From: Perkinsus olseni
Lineage: Eukaryota
Length of the DNA: 64,000 bases
Reading direction: 5' to 3'
NCBI GenBank assembly: GCA_013115125.1
Contig: JABANN010000042.1
Span: forward strand, 1-64,000
The notes under the pieces were generated by a model. That model did not search any database, was not told the origin of the DNA, and saw nothing but the letters and a program-made list of their open reading frames with translations. Every line of letters begins with the position of its first letter. Position 1 is the first letter of the stretch. Of the stretch, positions 23,285 to 36,606 are shown in pieces. The position numbers and the translations under genes are program-made.

Positions 23285-24061
23285 TCAGAAAGTCAAAGAA
23301 GCTTCAATGACATCATCTTGATACCTTTCCACCAACTCTTCCTCTCCAGGATCCCCACCGAGAAGATCTACACGAAAAGCGAAGAAGAAGCTGGTGCCAT
23401 TGTCACCTCTCTTTCTCATTCTCAGAACTTGTCGAATCTCGTATTTCTCTGGTGTGGATACCGTGGAATAAGGCGAATAGAGGCCCACTCCACTGATATC
23501 AGCGACACCATTGATGATGTAATTTCCGGTTCCATACTCCCTGTCCGAGGGACCATTATAGAATCCCATGAGAGCATCGCCATGTATATTGCATTCAATC
23601 AGCCCATCCTCGATGACCTCACTGAAAGAGTTGCTCGTCGAACTCAGGATCAAGTTGAAGTACTGCGTATCATTGTCGAAATTGAGCTCAACGCGGCCGC
23701 TGGTCTCCAAGCTGACTTTGTTGCCATCGCCGACGTTCTTCTGCACCTTCATCTTGTCGGCTGGTGGAGGTCCGTCCGATTTCAGAATTACACCAAAATT
23801 CTCTATCTGAGTCGTACCGGAGTCATTTCTGAAAGTAGCATAAATGCACTGGCCTTCGCGAACGAACCTATCAATTCTGATGCGTTGCGGACGTATATCA
23901 CCAGCGCAATCCGGGGGATAATCAGCAGTGTATAATAGGGCACCGGGGACCGAAAGCACCACTTGCGGGACGTACGAGAAGAAGAAGAAGAAGAAGAGGC
24001 TGATAGATAGGCCGCTGAAACATGAGCCGTGGAAGGGGTACTTGATGGTTGATCGAACCAT
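23285..24061 (-). CDS. Secreted 'D(H/Y)PPxC' family member 3, the only intact copy (258 aa, intronless, divergent)
   Basis: Hydrophobic N-terminus; ADYPPDC, GQCIY, GVILKS, SLETSGRVEL and GVGLYSP are colinear with the four pseudogenes. Confidence 0.75.
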   Translation of the reverse strand: MVRSTIKYPFHGSCFSGLSISLFFFFFFSYVPQVVLSVPGALLYTADYPPDCAGDIRPQRIRIDRFVREGQCIYATFRNDSGTTQIENFGVILKSDGPPPADKMKVQKNVGDGNKVSLETSGRVELNFDNDTQYFNLILSSTSNSFSEVIEDGLIECNIHGDALMGFYNGPSDREYGTGNYIINGVADISGVGLYSPYSTVSTPEKYEIRQVLRMRKRGDNGTSFFFAFRVDLLGGDPGEEELVERYQDDVIEASLTF

Positions 24062-25968
24062 TAGGAAACGTACGCTGCACTATAACTGGGTACAGTGGGG
24101 CTATTAGAGACGGCGCTAGAAGAAACGTAAAATTGGACTCGAGGGGATCTAGGCAATAACGTGATCTACAGCTTACTAAGCTAAGTTGAGTGTGGCACGT
24201 ATACTGTACTCATGCACGCGAGCACCAGGCGCATAGTGAGATCAGACGGTTGTCTAAGTCTAACGATACGCAGTAGCAGTGAAGGTAAGTGCAGCGATGA
24301 TTGTCTAACAGCTAAGTAGTACTAAACCAGGCTGTAACTGTTACATAGTGTACACTATAGTCGTCACCATGTCGCCACTATAGTGCATACCTGTATTGGC
24401 TGAGCTGTGAGCTCGCGTACTAGGCGAGGGTATAGCTCAGGTCTGTCTCTGAACGAGCGAGATCACTCGAGCCGGACACGGGCCATACTCATCACTTCTA
24501 CTACGCTTAGGTAGATACGTTCTGCTTGAAGTGAAAATCTAGCTTGTCTACGAGGGATAGCTCGAAACTCGAGATCGAAAATCGATTTGTACGTGCGCAC
24601 TACCGGATCTTGCAAGTTCTCAAGCGTGCCATCTTGACGTGTCGACGCGTGATTCTGGCCCTGGTGAGCAGTTTTGGTCCTTGCGGTTACTACGGGAATA
24701 GCAAAGAAGGACTACGAAGGCACCTTAACACGGAGAGCGTGAGGGTCGTCTGCTGCGCGATAGGATGTAGTAACCGATAATGAAGCGGTGAGGCATGAGT
24801 TCGAGCCTTGGCTAGGGCATTCGAACCATACGGAGAGCTTCCCCCACTTCTCAGCTCATTTATACAACTTTTGAATGCGAGTGCCAATTATACTGTTTCT
24901 TTAACTCAAAAGAGAAGTATTCTCGTGCGTGAGCTCGCATCGTGTGAATAGAGTTATCTCGGATAACACAGTGTGTGCTCACACTTCCCCCCACGAGTGC
25001 TTGGGCATCGGAGATGATCGGAAAGTGTACATGGAGGTTCTACGCGCTCGCCACTGGAAAACGGCGCTTCGAGCACCAACGTTGTTGCCCCGTCGTTGGT
25101 CGCAAAGAAGCCGATACATTAACGCTTGCAGCTATTACCGTCCTTCAAATCATACACATGCGGTTCTACACTTTTATATCCAACATCGTCGGTGCCTCGG
25201 CGTACTCCTTGTTCAATCCTCATGTGGGTGCCCGGGATCAAACTCGGAAACGATGGACTGTCGCGTCTTCAGTGTCCGAGAAGGAGTGACACTGGCCCCC
25301 GCCCTCCACCACCCCCGACCGGAGAGGCCTCTACGGCCCACCCTGCCACTCAATCACCATACCCCGTTGATGCTACGACAACGGCAAGTGGTGCCCAACC
25401 AGCAGCAGCCATGACGACTAGCCCAGGAGATGGCGGTGCGACTGACAACCTTCAACCCGACCATGCAGAAAATCATCCTGCTTCCCTGGCCGGCGCCAAT
25501 CACGCTGAGTTCAATAATGTTGTCCCGACAAGGAAGAAGCAGCGCGGGGTTCGTCGTTGAGTGGCATGCTAGATAGTGTTGTCAGTGGCCACGCTGTGTG
25601 ACTGTAGTGTTGGAGTGACCATCGGGAGGCTCAACCCAGGGAAACAACAGGGGTATCGATGATATTGATGATATCCAGGGTTGCACGTTGCTTATCGTGG
25701 ATCGAAGTTGTTCGTTAACGTATCAATGCATGCTTGGTGGCTGATGGCCACATCTCCGTCAAGCATCAGCGAGGCACCCAAGATGTCTATCATACGGTCT
25801 CACTCTTCGAGCCACTCTGTCACGTGACTTCGGACTGTGAACAGAACACTGACTATCGAAAAACAGTACACGGCATTGCTTCTAATGATATATCATCATT
25901 GAGTACTGCCCTTCCCTGTGTCCGGAGCAGAAGTTGTTACTCAGCACAGCACCACCGGGCACTATACC

Positions 25969-27257
25969 TCAGAAGACAGTTATAATAGCAAACACTGTAT
26001 ACCTGCATAAAGCATGTGCAAGGGGCGGGACGAGTCAATTGATGCAGGCTTACACCATGGCCACTGGGTAGGCTATTAACCATCGTTGATTCTGCATATC
26101 AACTGCCGCTTCTAAGAACCGACTAGCAGTCAAAGTACACCACAACACGTTCAGTACGGCCACTATTATACCTGGACCAGAGACGAGTGCCAGGATGATG
26201 ACGGTGGCTGACTGGACCAGGTCTCACCTGGGGCGCCTGTGAACTTGAAGAACACCGCTGCAGCGGCGAGGAAAACTACTGGGAGCAATCCGTATCCTGC
26301 AAGGGAGAGGGTTACCGCTGGCGCTGGCGCTGGCGCTGGCGCTGGCGCTGGCGCTGAAGGATGCTACCTAGGATGCTCATCGTCGTGTAAAGATCTATTC
26401 CGTTCTTCTTAGGGCTCATGACGTTAGTTAATAAATATATGCCCAGACAGCCCACCATGCCCAAACCGTATATGTAACCAAAATGAACCTAAGATACGCC
26501 CATGAAGAAAAGAACGCCGTGAGAGACTACCTTCCCGGCGAGCACTAGCATTGTACCGAACGCTGCTGCGATGAGTAGTGGACCTGAGTGAACTTCGGCT
26601 GCTGCTGACGCATTCAAGGTCCCCTTCCCCTCACCTCCAAGATCAGTGTCTTGCATGAGGTTCTGGCTGACACCACGGAAAAAGAGGATAGACTTTATAC
26701 GGGCTGCTATGGCATCCAGATCGATACCTGTTCCCATGAGCATGAGGGAAATACAACAGAAATGGGCAGCAGACACCCACCTAGCTCTTCTAACAGGGGA
26801 GGTTCATTGGCCAAATCATCGTCGTCCGTATCTGTCACAAAGCGTATCCAGTCGGCCACTGGGCTAGGCCTCGCACCGAACTCTCCCATGGACCCCCCTC
26901 CAGGCGTTGAGTGCTGAGGACCAGCTCCTCCCATTGAGCCTCCGCCTAGTGACGGCTGACGCGGTGGTAGAACGCCGGGACCTCCCATTGAGGCTGCGGA
27001 CGGGGAAGTCACCCCACCACTGGCAGCAGCACCTAGGGTGATCATCATGCTGGCACTGTGCATGCATCCCTACCTTGATAGAAGTCCGGGAAGTCCCCAG
27101 ATGAGCCTCCCTGCCATGCCCCGCCACCACCAGGCGCCGCTGATGATGATGATGTTGATGCAGCCGCCCACGGCGACTGGACCGACCCCCCTCCTGTCGC
27201 GCTGCCGCTGGTACTGCCGATGTAATGGCTACTTGGTGTCGACTGGAATGGTTGCAT
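25969..27257 (-). CDS. YIP1: YIP1/YIPF5-like Golgi membrane protein, multi-exon
   Basis: NEPPLLEELG|IDL, DTDLG|GPLL, K|VHFGYIYG, SILG|YGLLPVV and QRWLIAYPVAMV|YTVFAIITVF* are the conserved Yip1 motifs. Confidence 0.92.
26316..26356. repeat. (CGCTGG)n microsatellite, about 7 units, in a YIP1 intron
   Basis: Directly visible tandem hexamer. Confidence 0.9.
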
Positions 27258-27664
27258 TCTACTGATGAGGTTAAACAAGCTATGGATGATTCAAATGCCC
27301 GTCGAAAAACTGTCAGATGAAAATCCACTCGCCACTACCGAGTGCAAAGGAGAAGGAGCAGAAGGTTGAACTACCAGGCGTATATTTCGCACTTGCGCAG
27401 TGCCAGCATGCGCATCCGATAAGATCCCTTCATGCAGGATAATGATCCTCCAACGCAAGGACAATAATAAAGGATAATGCACTCCTGACGAAAAGTGTAA
27501 TTGATGATGGTAACAATCACAGTTGATCGAAAGGTCTTTGGAGATTAACGACGTGCTCACCGAGAGACGACGACGACCGGTGCCGCCGCCCTCAGGTAGT
27601 GGTAATATTAGCAATATTAGTAGCAGATGAATGAACGTTACAGCGTTACCCCATGAGAGGCCTC

Positions 27665-30600
27665 TTATCGTCTCTTTTTCTTAGACGCCGGCCTCTTTTT
27701 CTCGGAACTCTCAGGACTGCGACGACGCTTCCGATCCTCCTGCCATATCGCCGAAGTAAATCACGTCAGGCTGCATAGCGCATTACATTGGCTGCCTTCT
27801 TCTCCAACTCATCCCAGCTGAGCCCTTCAGATTCGTCCGACGCCAGAGAGAACTCGGAGTCAGAGTCAGAATCCTCGTCAACTAACGGAATAACAATACA
27901 GCATCTCATCAACTAACACGATGACTCACCCAAGAAACTGCTTCCAGAGTCGCTATCAGAACCGCCCCCTTTGTATCTAAGGTCGAAGCCGTACACATAA
28001 GCGAGATAAAGATACGTCCGGCGGAGTACGACAGTGATGATTATGAACCTACTCGGAGCCTCCAGCCTCAGACTCAACGTCGCTATCTTCGCTCTCTGTG
28101 TACTCCTCATCACCCTCGTCCATACCGTCATCAGAACCTGCTTCACTTGAATGGTCCAAGCATGGAGCCTTGCCGACCTACCTTCCTCAACCGATTCACC
28201 AAACCACCCTTCCCACGCACCGTTGTCAATGAATGCTTGCTTATTCCTGAAAGGTTTGAGCTTGCGTGCTGGTAACCATACCACTCCTTCCACAACTCAC
28301 TTATTAATTTCCTTCATAATGTTAGTCCAGTTCATGTTGGTAGGTCCTTGATACCATACAATCTGAATACAATAAAATAAGAACCATATCCAAAACACCC
28401 AGCGTGGGAATCGAACCCGAGACCTACCCCTAATTCTCCCAGCCACTGCTTGATCTGGTCCAGGCTTTCAGTAGGTATAATAGAGATTCTCGCAGGAGTT
28501 TGAGTATAGTCTTTGAAAATGAAGGTCATGTCGAAGTTACGCAGATTGAAGGAGACCTACATAAAAACCATCCCACGCCATCACACCCATCCTGCGGACA
28601 CTCCTTGGCTAGGGTAGGACGATCGTCCGAGTTCCACTTGCCCAATCCGGCCGGATGCGCGACAGTGCAACGTCACCACCAGATTGTGCGGAAAAGGAAT
28701 TCGGAGCCCGTGAGCTCATGGACTCGTGTCCTGGCGGACCGCCCCTAAGCGTCAATCACAGTTCCCCTGTACTACCCTCTCAAAGTAGACGATGTCGATA
28801 TTCCTGAGACTAAGCACGTAGGCAGGCCAATCGGTTAATGCTACTATACAATCCCGACAAGGGAAGATGTCAACATGCGCCTTGTTGGGAGTACCTTCAT
28901 CAACTCACACTGTGGCAGAGGCGAGGGACCATAGACTTACCAGTAAAACCAAGCTCACGATAGGGCATGTCGAACTCCAGGTTGGGAGCGTATTGAGACC
29001 ATACCTGCTCCTCCACCTGCCGTACGAACTCCCTGATGGTCGAGAGAGATTCAGAGAGAAGAGGTCCGCAGGTGAGTGATGGCAGTACCGGAATAATTTG
29101 TTCAACTTTGTTATCATTTCCCGCTCCCTCTGTTCATCCATAATCTCATCAGGGTCGTATCCAGCCTGAATTGGAGGACAATCATGAACGACCTACCGAG
29201 CTTGATCATCAGCGCCGCACAGCAAGTTCGAAAATAACAACCCTGTCGCATCCTGTTATACCGTAAGACTATCAGTCGTGCCAGGGCGAGCGGTACTATA
29301 AAGCTACAGACTGCCTACCATTAGCCTACTGCCATCACACTATTGCTTCTCTACTAATCTACCACATTAACCCTGGTTGCGTTTTACGAGTCGAACCTCT
29401 CCGACGAAAGAATATCCCTCCGTAACACAAAGTCCCTCCTGTGCATGAGCCCAATATTTCCGGCGAGAACTGATCCAGCCACCACCCCGCCTTCTCTCCC
29501 CACTACTACCCTCCTTCTGGTGCCAAGGTCATCACCAGCCGACCTCGTCTCAGTATAGAACTGAATATCGTAGGTCTTCTTCTTCCCACCGACCTGATCA
29601 CCACAATCATCATAGACCATCGCCCTTTAGCTCTCCTACCAATATTGGGTCCTTCAGGTTGAAGTGCAGCAACACCGTCTGGTCGTTCTCGCAGGGTTGA
29701 AAGATCGCATGAGCGATATTCCGGTAGATGATATCAACATGCTCAGCACGCGAAGAGGTGAACCTACACCGGTACGATGCCCACTCACGGAGATGATGAT
29801 GATGATGCCGTGCCCCCACCTGAAGCCGTTCTGGTGCGCCTCTAGAGTACCCACCGCCCTGTTGCGGCCAGTAGAACCGAGCTGTGGCTTCACATTGAGG
29901 TCCCTGACCACGAGACACGCTGCCTTCATCAAGCCAGGCGGCAGGAGAATGAGCACCTCAGTACTGGCCGGCTCCTGTCCTTGATCAACTTCAACGACGG
30001 TTGCTCCTTAATGTCCTTCATTGTATTGGCCTCCAACTCCCGGGTTCTCTGCCTCTTTTGAAGTTCCTTCAGCCCCCTACATCACTGCCAGTCCCCACGA
30101 GAAGCAGCACCTTCAGGCACTACCTGAACACCGCCTGCAAGTTACGACCATCCTCCGCACGATAGTTGAGCTCCTTAAGGTAAACCAAAGTCTGCTTGCT
30201 CCTGCAAAAAGACATTCCAACCACCGTCAAGGTCTTCTACCACTACCTGTTCGACTCTGGGAACATATCCTGTTGAACGAAACTGGTTCCGGGCGCATGG
30301 AAGTTAATACCTGACCGACCATCAAGAAGGTACCACCGCTCCGCGCCTCGAAAGACTTACGGATAGACGTGTACTTCCCTCCCTCATCGTTGGGTTTACT
30401 GATGTTCTTGATGGTCCGTATATGGAAGGGTACCAAAGTGCCGTTGATAGGCACCAGCAGAGTGTCGTGTTTGGCGTCAACAGTCAGCTTGGTCGTACGG
30501 ATATCGTGAGGGATATCATCCGGGGTCGAGTAGGACTAACAATAGAACAACAACGTCAAACTCCACCACGCGCAGAGGTACACTTATAAAAAGTAGATCG

Positions 30601-33600
30601 GTGTCGAGCTAGTACTGGTCGGCACTCGGGCGACCACAACTGGCCTACCTTGCAAGTATCCAAACACTTATTCTTAGCCGTAGCATCAGCATCAGCATCA
30701 CCAGCATCCTCGCCCGATCGTAGGAGCCTCGCTCGACATTCTTCCACCTTCCGAGCCCTCAATTCATATTGTTGGTCCATGAGTCGCTTCCTCTCCTCCT
30801 CATCCTCCGCAGTCGCTCTGTTACGACGAGTACGAAGCCTGCAAAGAACCCCTCATGGACACCATCCCGAAATATCTTCTTTTCCATCATCGGCCAGCAT
30901 GCAACCATCGATTCACTGCACTTCCCCTAACGTTCCCTTCGGCTATCCAGCTCACCGTGATTCGATGATGAGATCATCTTTCTTATGCTTGTGCCTTCGA
31001 CTACTCGACTTAGCATCTTCCCGACGCCTCTTCTCCTTCTTCGACCTGTCCGGGGTCTTATCTGATCCATCGGTGTTCAGTTTCCACCAGAGTCCCCAGG
31101 ACCCAGAGGCATACCGTGCTGCTTCTTCTCCTTTTTGCTTTTCTTCTCCTTCTTCGAACTCTCCTTCCTCTCACTCTTCACAACATCCTCGTTCTCCCCG
31201 GGTTGATCAGTATCCAGGTAGTACCTGTCATTTTAGCGTCGATATAATACCCTCGCCAGGGATCGAACCCGCGCTTACATGACTTCATCCTTTCCCGACG
31301 ACATCCCTGACGTCAGTAGCTCCACCTGGAACACCATCATGCAGCGCCCTCAACGGCAAACAGCCACCAACCTTCATTTTTCCATCAGGCCCGGTTGAGA
31401 TATACGCCGAATCACACACCCATACCGCGTAGGGCTTCTTCTTCTCATTAACCATCTTATCACCCGCGAAACCAACGCTAAGGTTTAGGCACATCCCAGG
31501 GGTTATCTAATCCATAAATAGTAGCAATGGACGTACCACAACTTCCCCAACTTTGCCACGGGCAAATCCGAGAACTTCAGGACACCACTCTTGATGCACA
31601 AACCCGAGATTTCAGACGCAGGGAAGTGTTTCGTGTAAGCGGCGTGAGCTCGGGTCGAAGTAATGAGGCAGCCCAATAGATCCACCCAAACTCTACTAGT
31701 CGACACCACGCCCAACTTACATGCTTATGGTTCTTAGCGTTCAACAGCATATGGCCATCTCTGAACTCCAAGCCGATCGAGTACCCGCAATCAGTCTGGA
31801 ACTGGGACAAGGCATCGTGAAGGAACTCAACGGTCGAGGCCTGAGGAGCGCAGGGATGGGGCTCATCTCTGACCCGACTCCGACCGTACCTTCGCCTTGA
31901 TGTGCTCAACAGCAGCGTTATAGACCTCTTGACAAGTGAGGGACTCCTTTCCGTTGATACCTACGGACGCCACCTCCAATCGCCATCACTACAGGTGCTT
32001 CCTTCTCACTCTTGATGATGGTATCCATGGTAGAGAGGCAGAGGTTGTAATATGCCCTCTGATGCTTGGTCGGGTCGACAATCAGCGTTCCTGCCCATCA
32101 TCATGAGTCCTACCCTTGGAATCCTCTCTGGCACGTACTGGTGATATTAGTAGAATACTCCCGATACTTAGCCCCAACCGAGGCGACTATGCAGCTGAAG
32201 TCCAACGCCTCCTGATTGGGTTGGACGTCAGGCCGCAGCTTGAACTCCTTCCCAGACTGTATCAACGTGTAAATCACATCCACCGCTTTATCTAAGCAAA
32301 CACCCGATCTCACGAGTTCAATAATTCTGTCAACCCCAGAAGCAGCACAGCCACGACCCGTGGCTCGACCGAACCCACACTACCTTCTCCCAGGTAAGGG
32401 AATTTCTTAGCCCACCGGGCAAGCATGTCCTTGTTTTCCGCCGCCGACTCGACAGTATCGCAAATAGCTTCGTGCGTCTTTTTAGTATCATTTTCAATAA
32501 CCTGAGCTCCTCGACGCTGCAGCCACGCCCTCCTCTCGCCACCCCTACTACCGATTCCACATCCCGTACCATAACTTGCTTCATTAACAGGGTACCTACG
32601 AGGCAGCAGTACGTCACGTCTACAAACCTCATACCACAACTTACTGAAAACTGCGCTCCTCCTCATGTTCTCCACTTCCTCTGCGTCCTTCACCACCATC
32701 CATGAGCTCACAGTTGCCGTAGCGTTACCAATACAATCATGAGCCATAGTCTCGGTCGAAGAACACTACAAGGCACCGACGCCTCACCCGCCCCTGACCT
32801 TAACATATTTTTACATATTTGGTAAACCCCTTGGCCATTTTCCCGACATGCTTTTCCTTCTTTAACAAGCCCACTTGGCATTTCCGATCCCCCGCGATCG
32901 CCTTAGCCGTGCCTGAAGCGCGGATACGCCGCGGGTCTTCCTACTGTCACAATTATTACTGAAGATCTTATCATAGACAGTGGTATCGTTGTTACCATGA
33001 AGTACTTCGTACTGAATAGTAAACCTGTGGTGCGGGATGAGCTTAGCGGAAGCAGGCAGCTGATGAGGGTATCATTACTTGCCATCCAAAGGGACTCCAG
33101 TCAGGAGCCGTTCTAACATGTCAACGCGTCTCTGATCGCTAAGAATCCACAGTAACCGTCTTTTCTCGTCTCCGCCGAAGATGACCTGCGCATCAACCTG
33201 ACGATATTTTTATGCTACCGACACTACCATAATAGTTTCCGGCAGTTCTCCACCCAACAGCCACTGTTGCATAGCAAGAGTCTTCTGTTCGACGGCATCG
33301 TCGCTGAGCTCTCCAGCAACCAGGGCCTGTGCAAGGGCTGTGTACGGAAGGGTGTGGTAGGAAGGGATACTTACCACCGCCTGCTGCTTCTCTGGCCAGT
33401 GCTCGAACATCCTCATCATTCGACGTACGAAGCTTTCCCTAACACCGTAAAGAGCAATGATCGACCTAAGATACCCATTCAAATGACGAGGTTGATGATA
33501 GCGGACCCCCATCAAACAGCTTCATCGTTCTACGTTAGAAGCTTTCCCTAACATCGTAAAAAGCAATGATAAACCTAAGATACTCTGATAACTAGGATTC

Positions 33601-33782
33601 TAGTGACGAGGTTGATGATACCGGACCCCTGATCACCCAGCTGCCTTTTTCTCAGCCTGCTGCTGTTGCTGGTTGGAGGATGCGCTCTTCGGAGACGAGC
33701 TGCCCTCGAGCTTCACAGAGCCGCTAACTTCAGACCGCCTACCATTGGCTGGGGTAGTAGGGCTCAGGGTTGGGTCAGTCAT
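27665..33782 (-). CDS. SPT16: FACT complex subunit SPT16, many exons
   Basis: Motifs QQWLLGGELPETIM, VVKDAEEV, GYSIGLEFRD, LLVPINGTLVPFHIRTIKNIS, GTLEAHQNGFR, IAHAIFQPC, YDPDEIMDEQRER, FDMTFIFKDY, NWTNIMKEI and FIDNGAW, plus an acidic tail. Confidence 0.95.
33405..33635. repeat. ~110-nt imperfect tandem duplication spanning an intron/exon-start segment near the SPT16 5' end
   Basis: agctttccctaaca(c/t)cgtaaa(g/a)agcaatgat...acctaagatac...tgacgaggttgatgata(g/c)cggacccc occurs twice. Confidence 0.85.
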
Positions 33783-34219
33783 ACTGAGACAATGTCCCAC
33801 TGTGCGTTGCCCTCCAATACTCACGTTATTAAAGTACTTAACGCAACAAAACCGAGGACTCTAACGGCTACATGAAACGTATCTTAGGTTGAATGTTGAC
33901 GGATACAAATTCGTAAGATAGCTTGGCTCGGTTCCCAATCGGACACCCATGTCAGAGCCTTTCAGGTTCAAAACTACGCGAAAGCGTGGTAAAAGACCAG
34001 TCAAGACGGATCGATTACAACGGCGCGCGCGATGACGTCGGCGACTCCAAATTTCGATAACTAGTGTCGGTAATCATGTTCGGCACATGACCTTGCCGCG
34101 CAACACCTCATCAGCGGTCCAGCCAGAGAGGATTGCATTCAAGTCGTTCTGTGTAACGAAAGACTTCTTCGGGAGGAGTATTCTGATACCGGCAGTGGTC
34201 CTCCTATTTGTTGTTATCC

Positions 34220-35673
34220 ATGGCAACGGGCTTCGTCGCAGCACTACAGGATCCTGAGAAACGCAAAATTTGGTTGGCCGGGAATATGGTAATAACAAAG
34301 TCTCCTCTGTTTCTATCACCTTCGACGAGCTCAGGACAACATACGTTTCTGGGGCATCTTCGCTCTGGTGGGTTTGGTATTGTTCTACCTATCATCTGAC
34401 TGGGACTTCTCTATGCTGCTCACCATCAGCTCCATGATCAGCATGTTCTCCTTCCTCATGGTCGTTGTTAAGATCGGTAACACCTTCAGAAAGGGAGGCG
34501 TATCTTTAGTTCACGTCTAATGGTATCTTAGAGACCTCCAAGTCGGTCAGCGGAGTGTCATTGAAAATGTTCGAGTGCTATACTCTGGTTAGTGCATGCA
34601 GGTTGATGTCCATCATACCATTTGAAGGGTAGTACTGTTGTTGACCCCTGGATCTTCACCCAGCTTCGACCTTAGATACCTACCATACGACCGATCGGGT
34701 GATTGGCTGTATCAGCTCACTGAGGCTATCAGCCTGTGTTTGGCGGGCACTGTGGTGTAATATGCTCTCCCCCATCACCATCCATACCAACTCAAGGGCT
34801 CAGATACTTCTGCCGTGTCCGTTATAGAGCCACTTACGAGGCAGGAGCTGACACGTTCAAGCATGTTTACCTCATGATCATCGCATTGGTCTTGGCCGTC
34901 ATTTTCCATCCAAGTCTTAACGCATTCATGTAGGACCTCCTCCTCCCTTCACCCGCCCAGTGGTCCCTCTGTCAGGCCGGCCGACATAGCATGGACATAT
35001 GCCCTTTACTTGGAATCTGTCACTGTACTACCCCAGTTGTTTATGTTCCAAAAGCAAGGAAAGGTGAGTCAACGCCTCTTCTCTGTTTCGATCGTGATGG
35101 TGACTCTTTCTCAAGGTTGAGGCCTTCACAAGCCACTTCCTCGCTGGACAGGCTCTGAGCAGGGTAGTAATGTGGGATGTCCTCATTCTGTGACCGGTTG
35201 TTCGACTCAGGTTTGCTCTTTTATCTTCTGGTGGTCATCCTACAAGGAACTGAATGACCCTAAGTACCCCACAAAGGCTTATGTCGGGTAGTAAACTGTG
35301 CTGCTGGTTGTCATGTTGATCACGCTCCCCGTCTTTGGATGGCATTACGCTGGTTACATCTATTGCGGTTGGCCGGCTTCACCCATCGCCACCTAGTCTG
35401 GGCCCGGGGTGTCCTCTTCTCCTCGTCGGCTCCTTGGGTTCACGTTTTCCGGTTTCTTTACAAGTCGTCTCGAGTACAGAACAGTTTCCTCTACTGTAGG
35501 TACTGGGTGATGTTGATGCAATTGCTACAGCTGATCGTTATGGGCGACTTCATCTACCATTACATCAACTGGTAGGTATCTGCTGTTATCGTTCTCCCGT
35601 CTTCCACCCATCCTCTCTCTTCAGTCTTCGTAAGGGAGTACCGGTGACCTTCATTCTCAGCGACGCAGTATAA
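34220..35673 (+). CDS. ER lumen protein-retaining (KDEL/HDEL) receptor family protein, ERD2-related; multi-exon
   Basis: SKSVSGVSLKM, GYLPYDRSGDWLYQ, AVIFHPSLN, DIAWTYALYLESVTVLPQLFMFQK, VEAFTSHF and LIVMGDFIYHY. Confidence 0.88.
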
Positions 35674-36606
35674 TGGTGACTAGCTTCTCTCCCACTCATC
35701 ATGGTTTTTGTCCGCAAGTCTGAAGGGTGATACCGTCAACCACTACCATTGACGCAATACCATTACAGTGGCCATAGACGACAAGAAAAAGATCAGTGAA
35801 GTGGCAGCGAAGTGGTGGTCTTCGAAGCTTCTCTGCATACTAGCTGTAGGTATCGTATTTTCTATTGGATACTATGTCGAGTTCGGGTTAGTCGAGCAGT
35901 GGCGGCAGGCCCAGCCCTCTGGCTTCGATTCACTGATCTCTTGAGAGAGATGGAGGGCATTCCACACAGGATGAATGAGGATGATACTCAAAGCGTCAGG
36001 CATGTTCGGCTCCTGTGCTGCTGTCAGACGGCCGCTCTTGGCTGGGCTCTTCGTCTGCAGCAACACCTCTGTAGGTCCTCAGCTAGCAACATTAACAACG
36101 GCTGTTGTTCTTACCCGAACCAGGCGAGAATGAGGACCGTTGCAGTGGGAGAGCATGCGCGCCCTTGAGGTCTTGGCCACGTCGGTGACCTCCTGTGTGA
36201 CGCATCCAGGAGGCACCCTCGATGGCAAGGGGCCCAGGTTTGAAGGCAGAGTGTCTGGGCGACGGCGCCCACTTACCCCGTCTTGAGCACCCTTAGGCGG
36301 CCGTGGTCGGACGAGAATTGGTCTGAATGGGCTTAGCAGCTGGTGGATCAGAACTGTACGAGGGGGGCCGTCAACCATCAATCTCGCCCTCGGCTACATT
36401 AAGGTTCCCTCGGGAGCTCCAACAGCGCCTCGTGACGTGGGGAGAAAGCGCTCCCGGGAGTCCCGAATGGGGACAGGCCGGCGAGAAGCTAGCTACGCCG
36501 TACGCATGCGCAGGATCATGTCGCTAGCCCCTTGAAGGCTCCTACTAACAGTAGTCTAGGGTACACTCTAGACCAGCAATGTGACGTAGTATCAGTTGCC
36601 ATCGCT

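Noticed and set aside
23276-23935. 219-aa plus-strand ORF, and similar antisense ORFs such as 30650-31282
   Set aside because: Shadow ORFs antisense to better-supported genes.
24170-24430. Cluster of short palindromes as further scars
   Set aside because: They do not parse cleanly into the 8-bp formula and there is no paralog for comparison.
28395-28470. tRNA gene suggested by GGTTCGATTCCC
   Set aside because: No acceptor stem, D-arm or anticodon arm, and the upstream sequence is SPT16 exon.
35872-36381. Small spliced minus-strand gene between the ERD2-like and CoA-transferase genes
   Set aside because: Splice-like signals are present but I could not build a coherent or recognisable protein.
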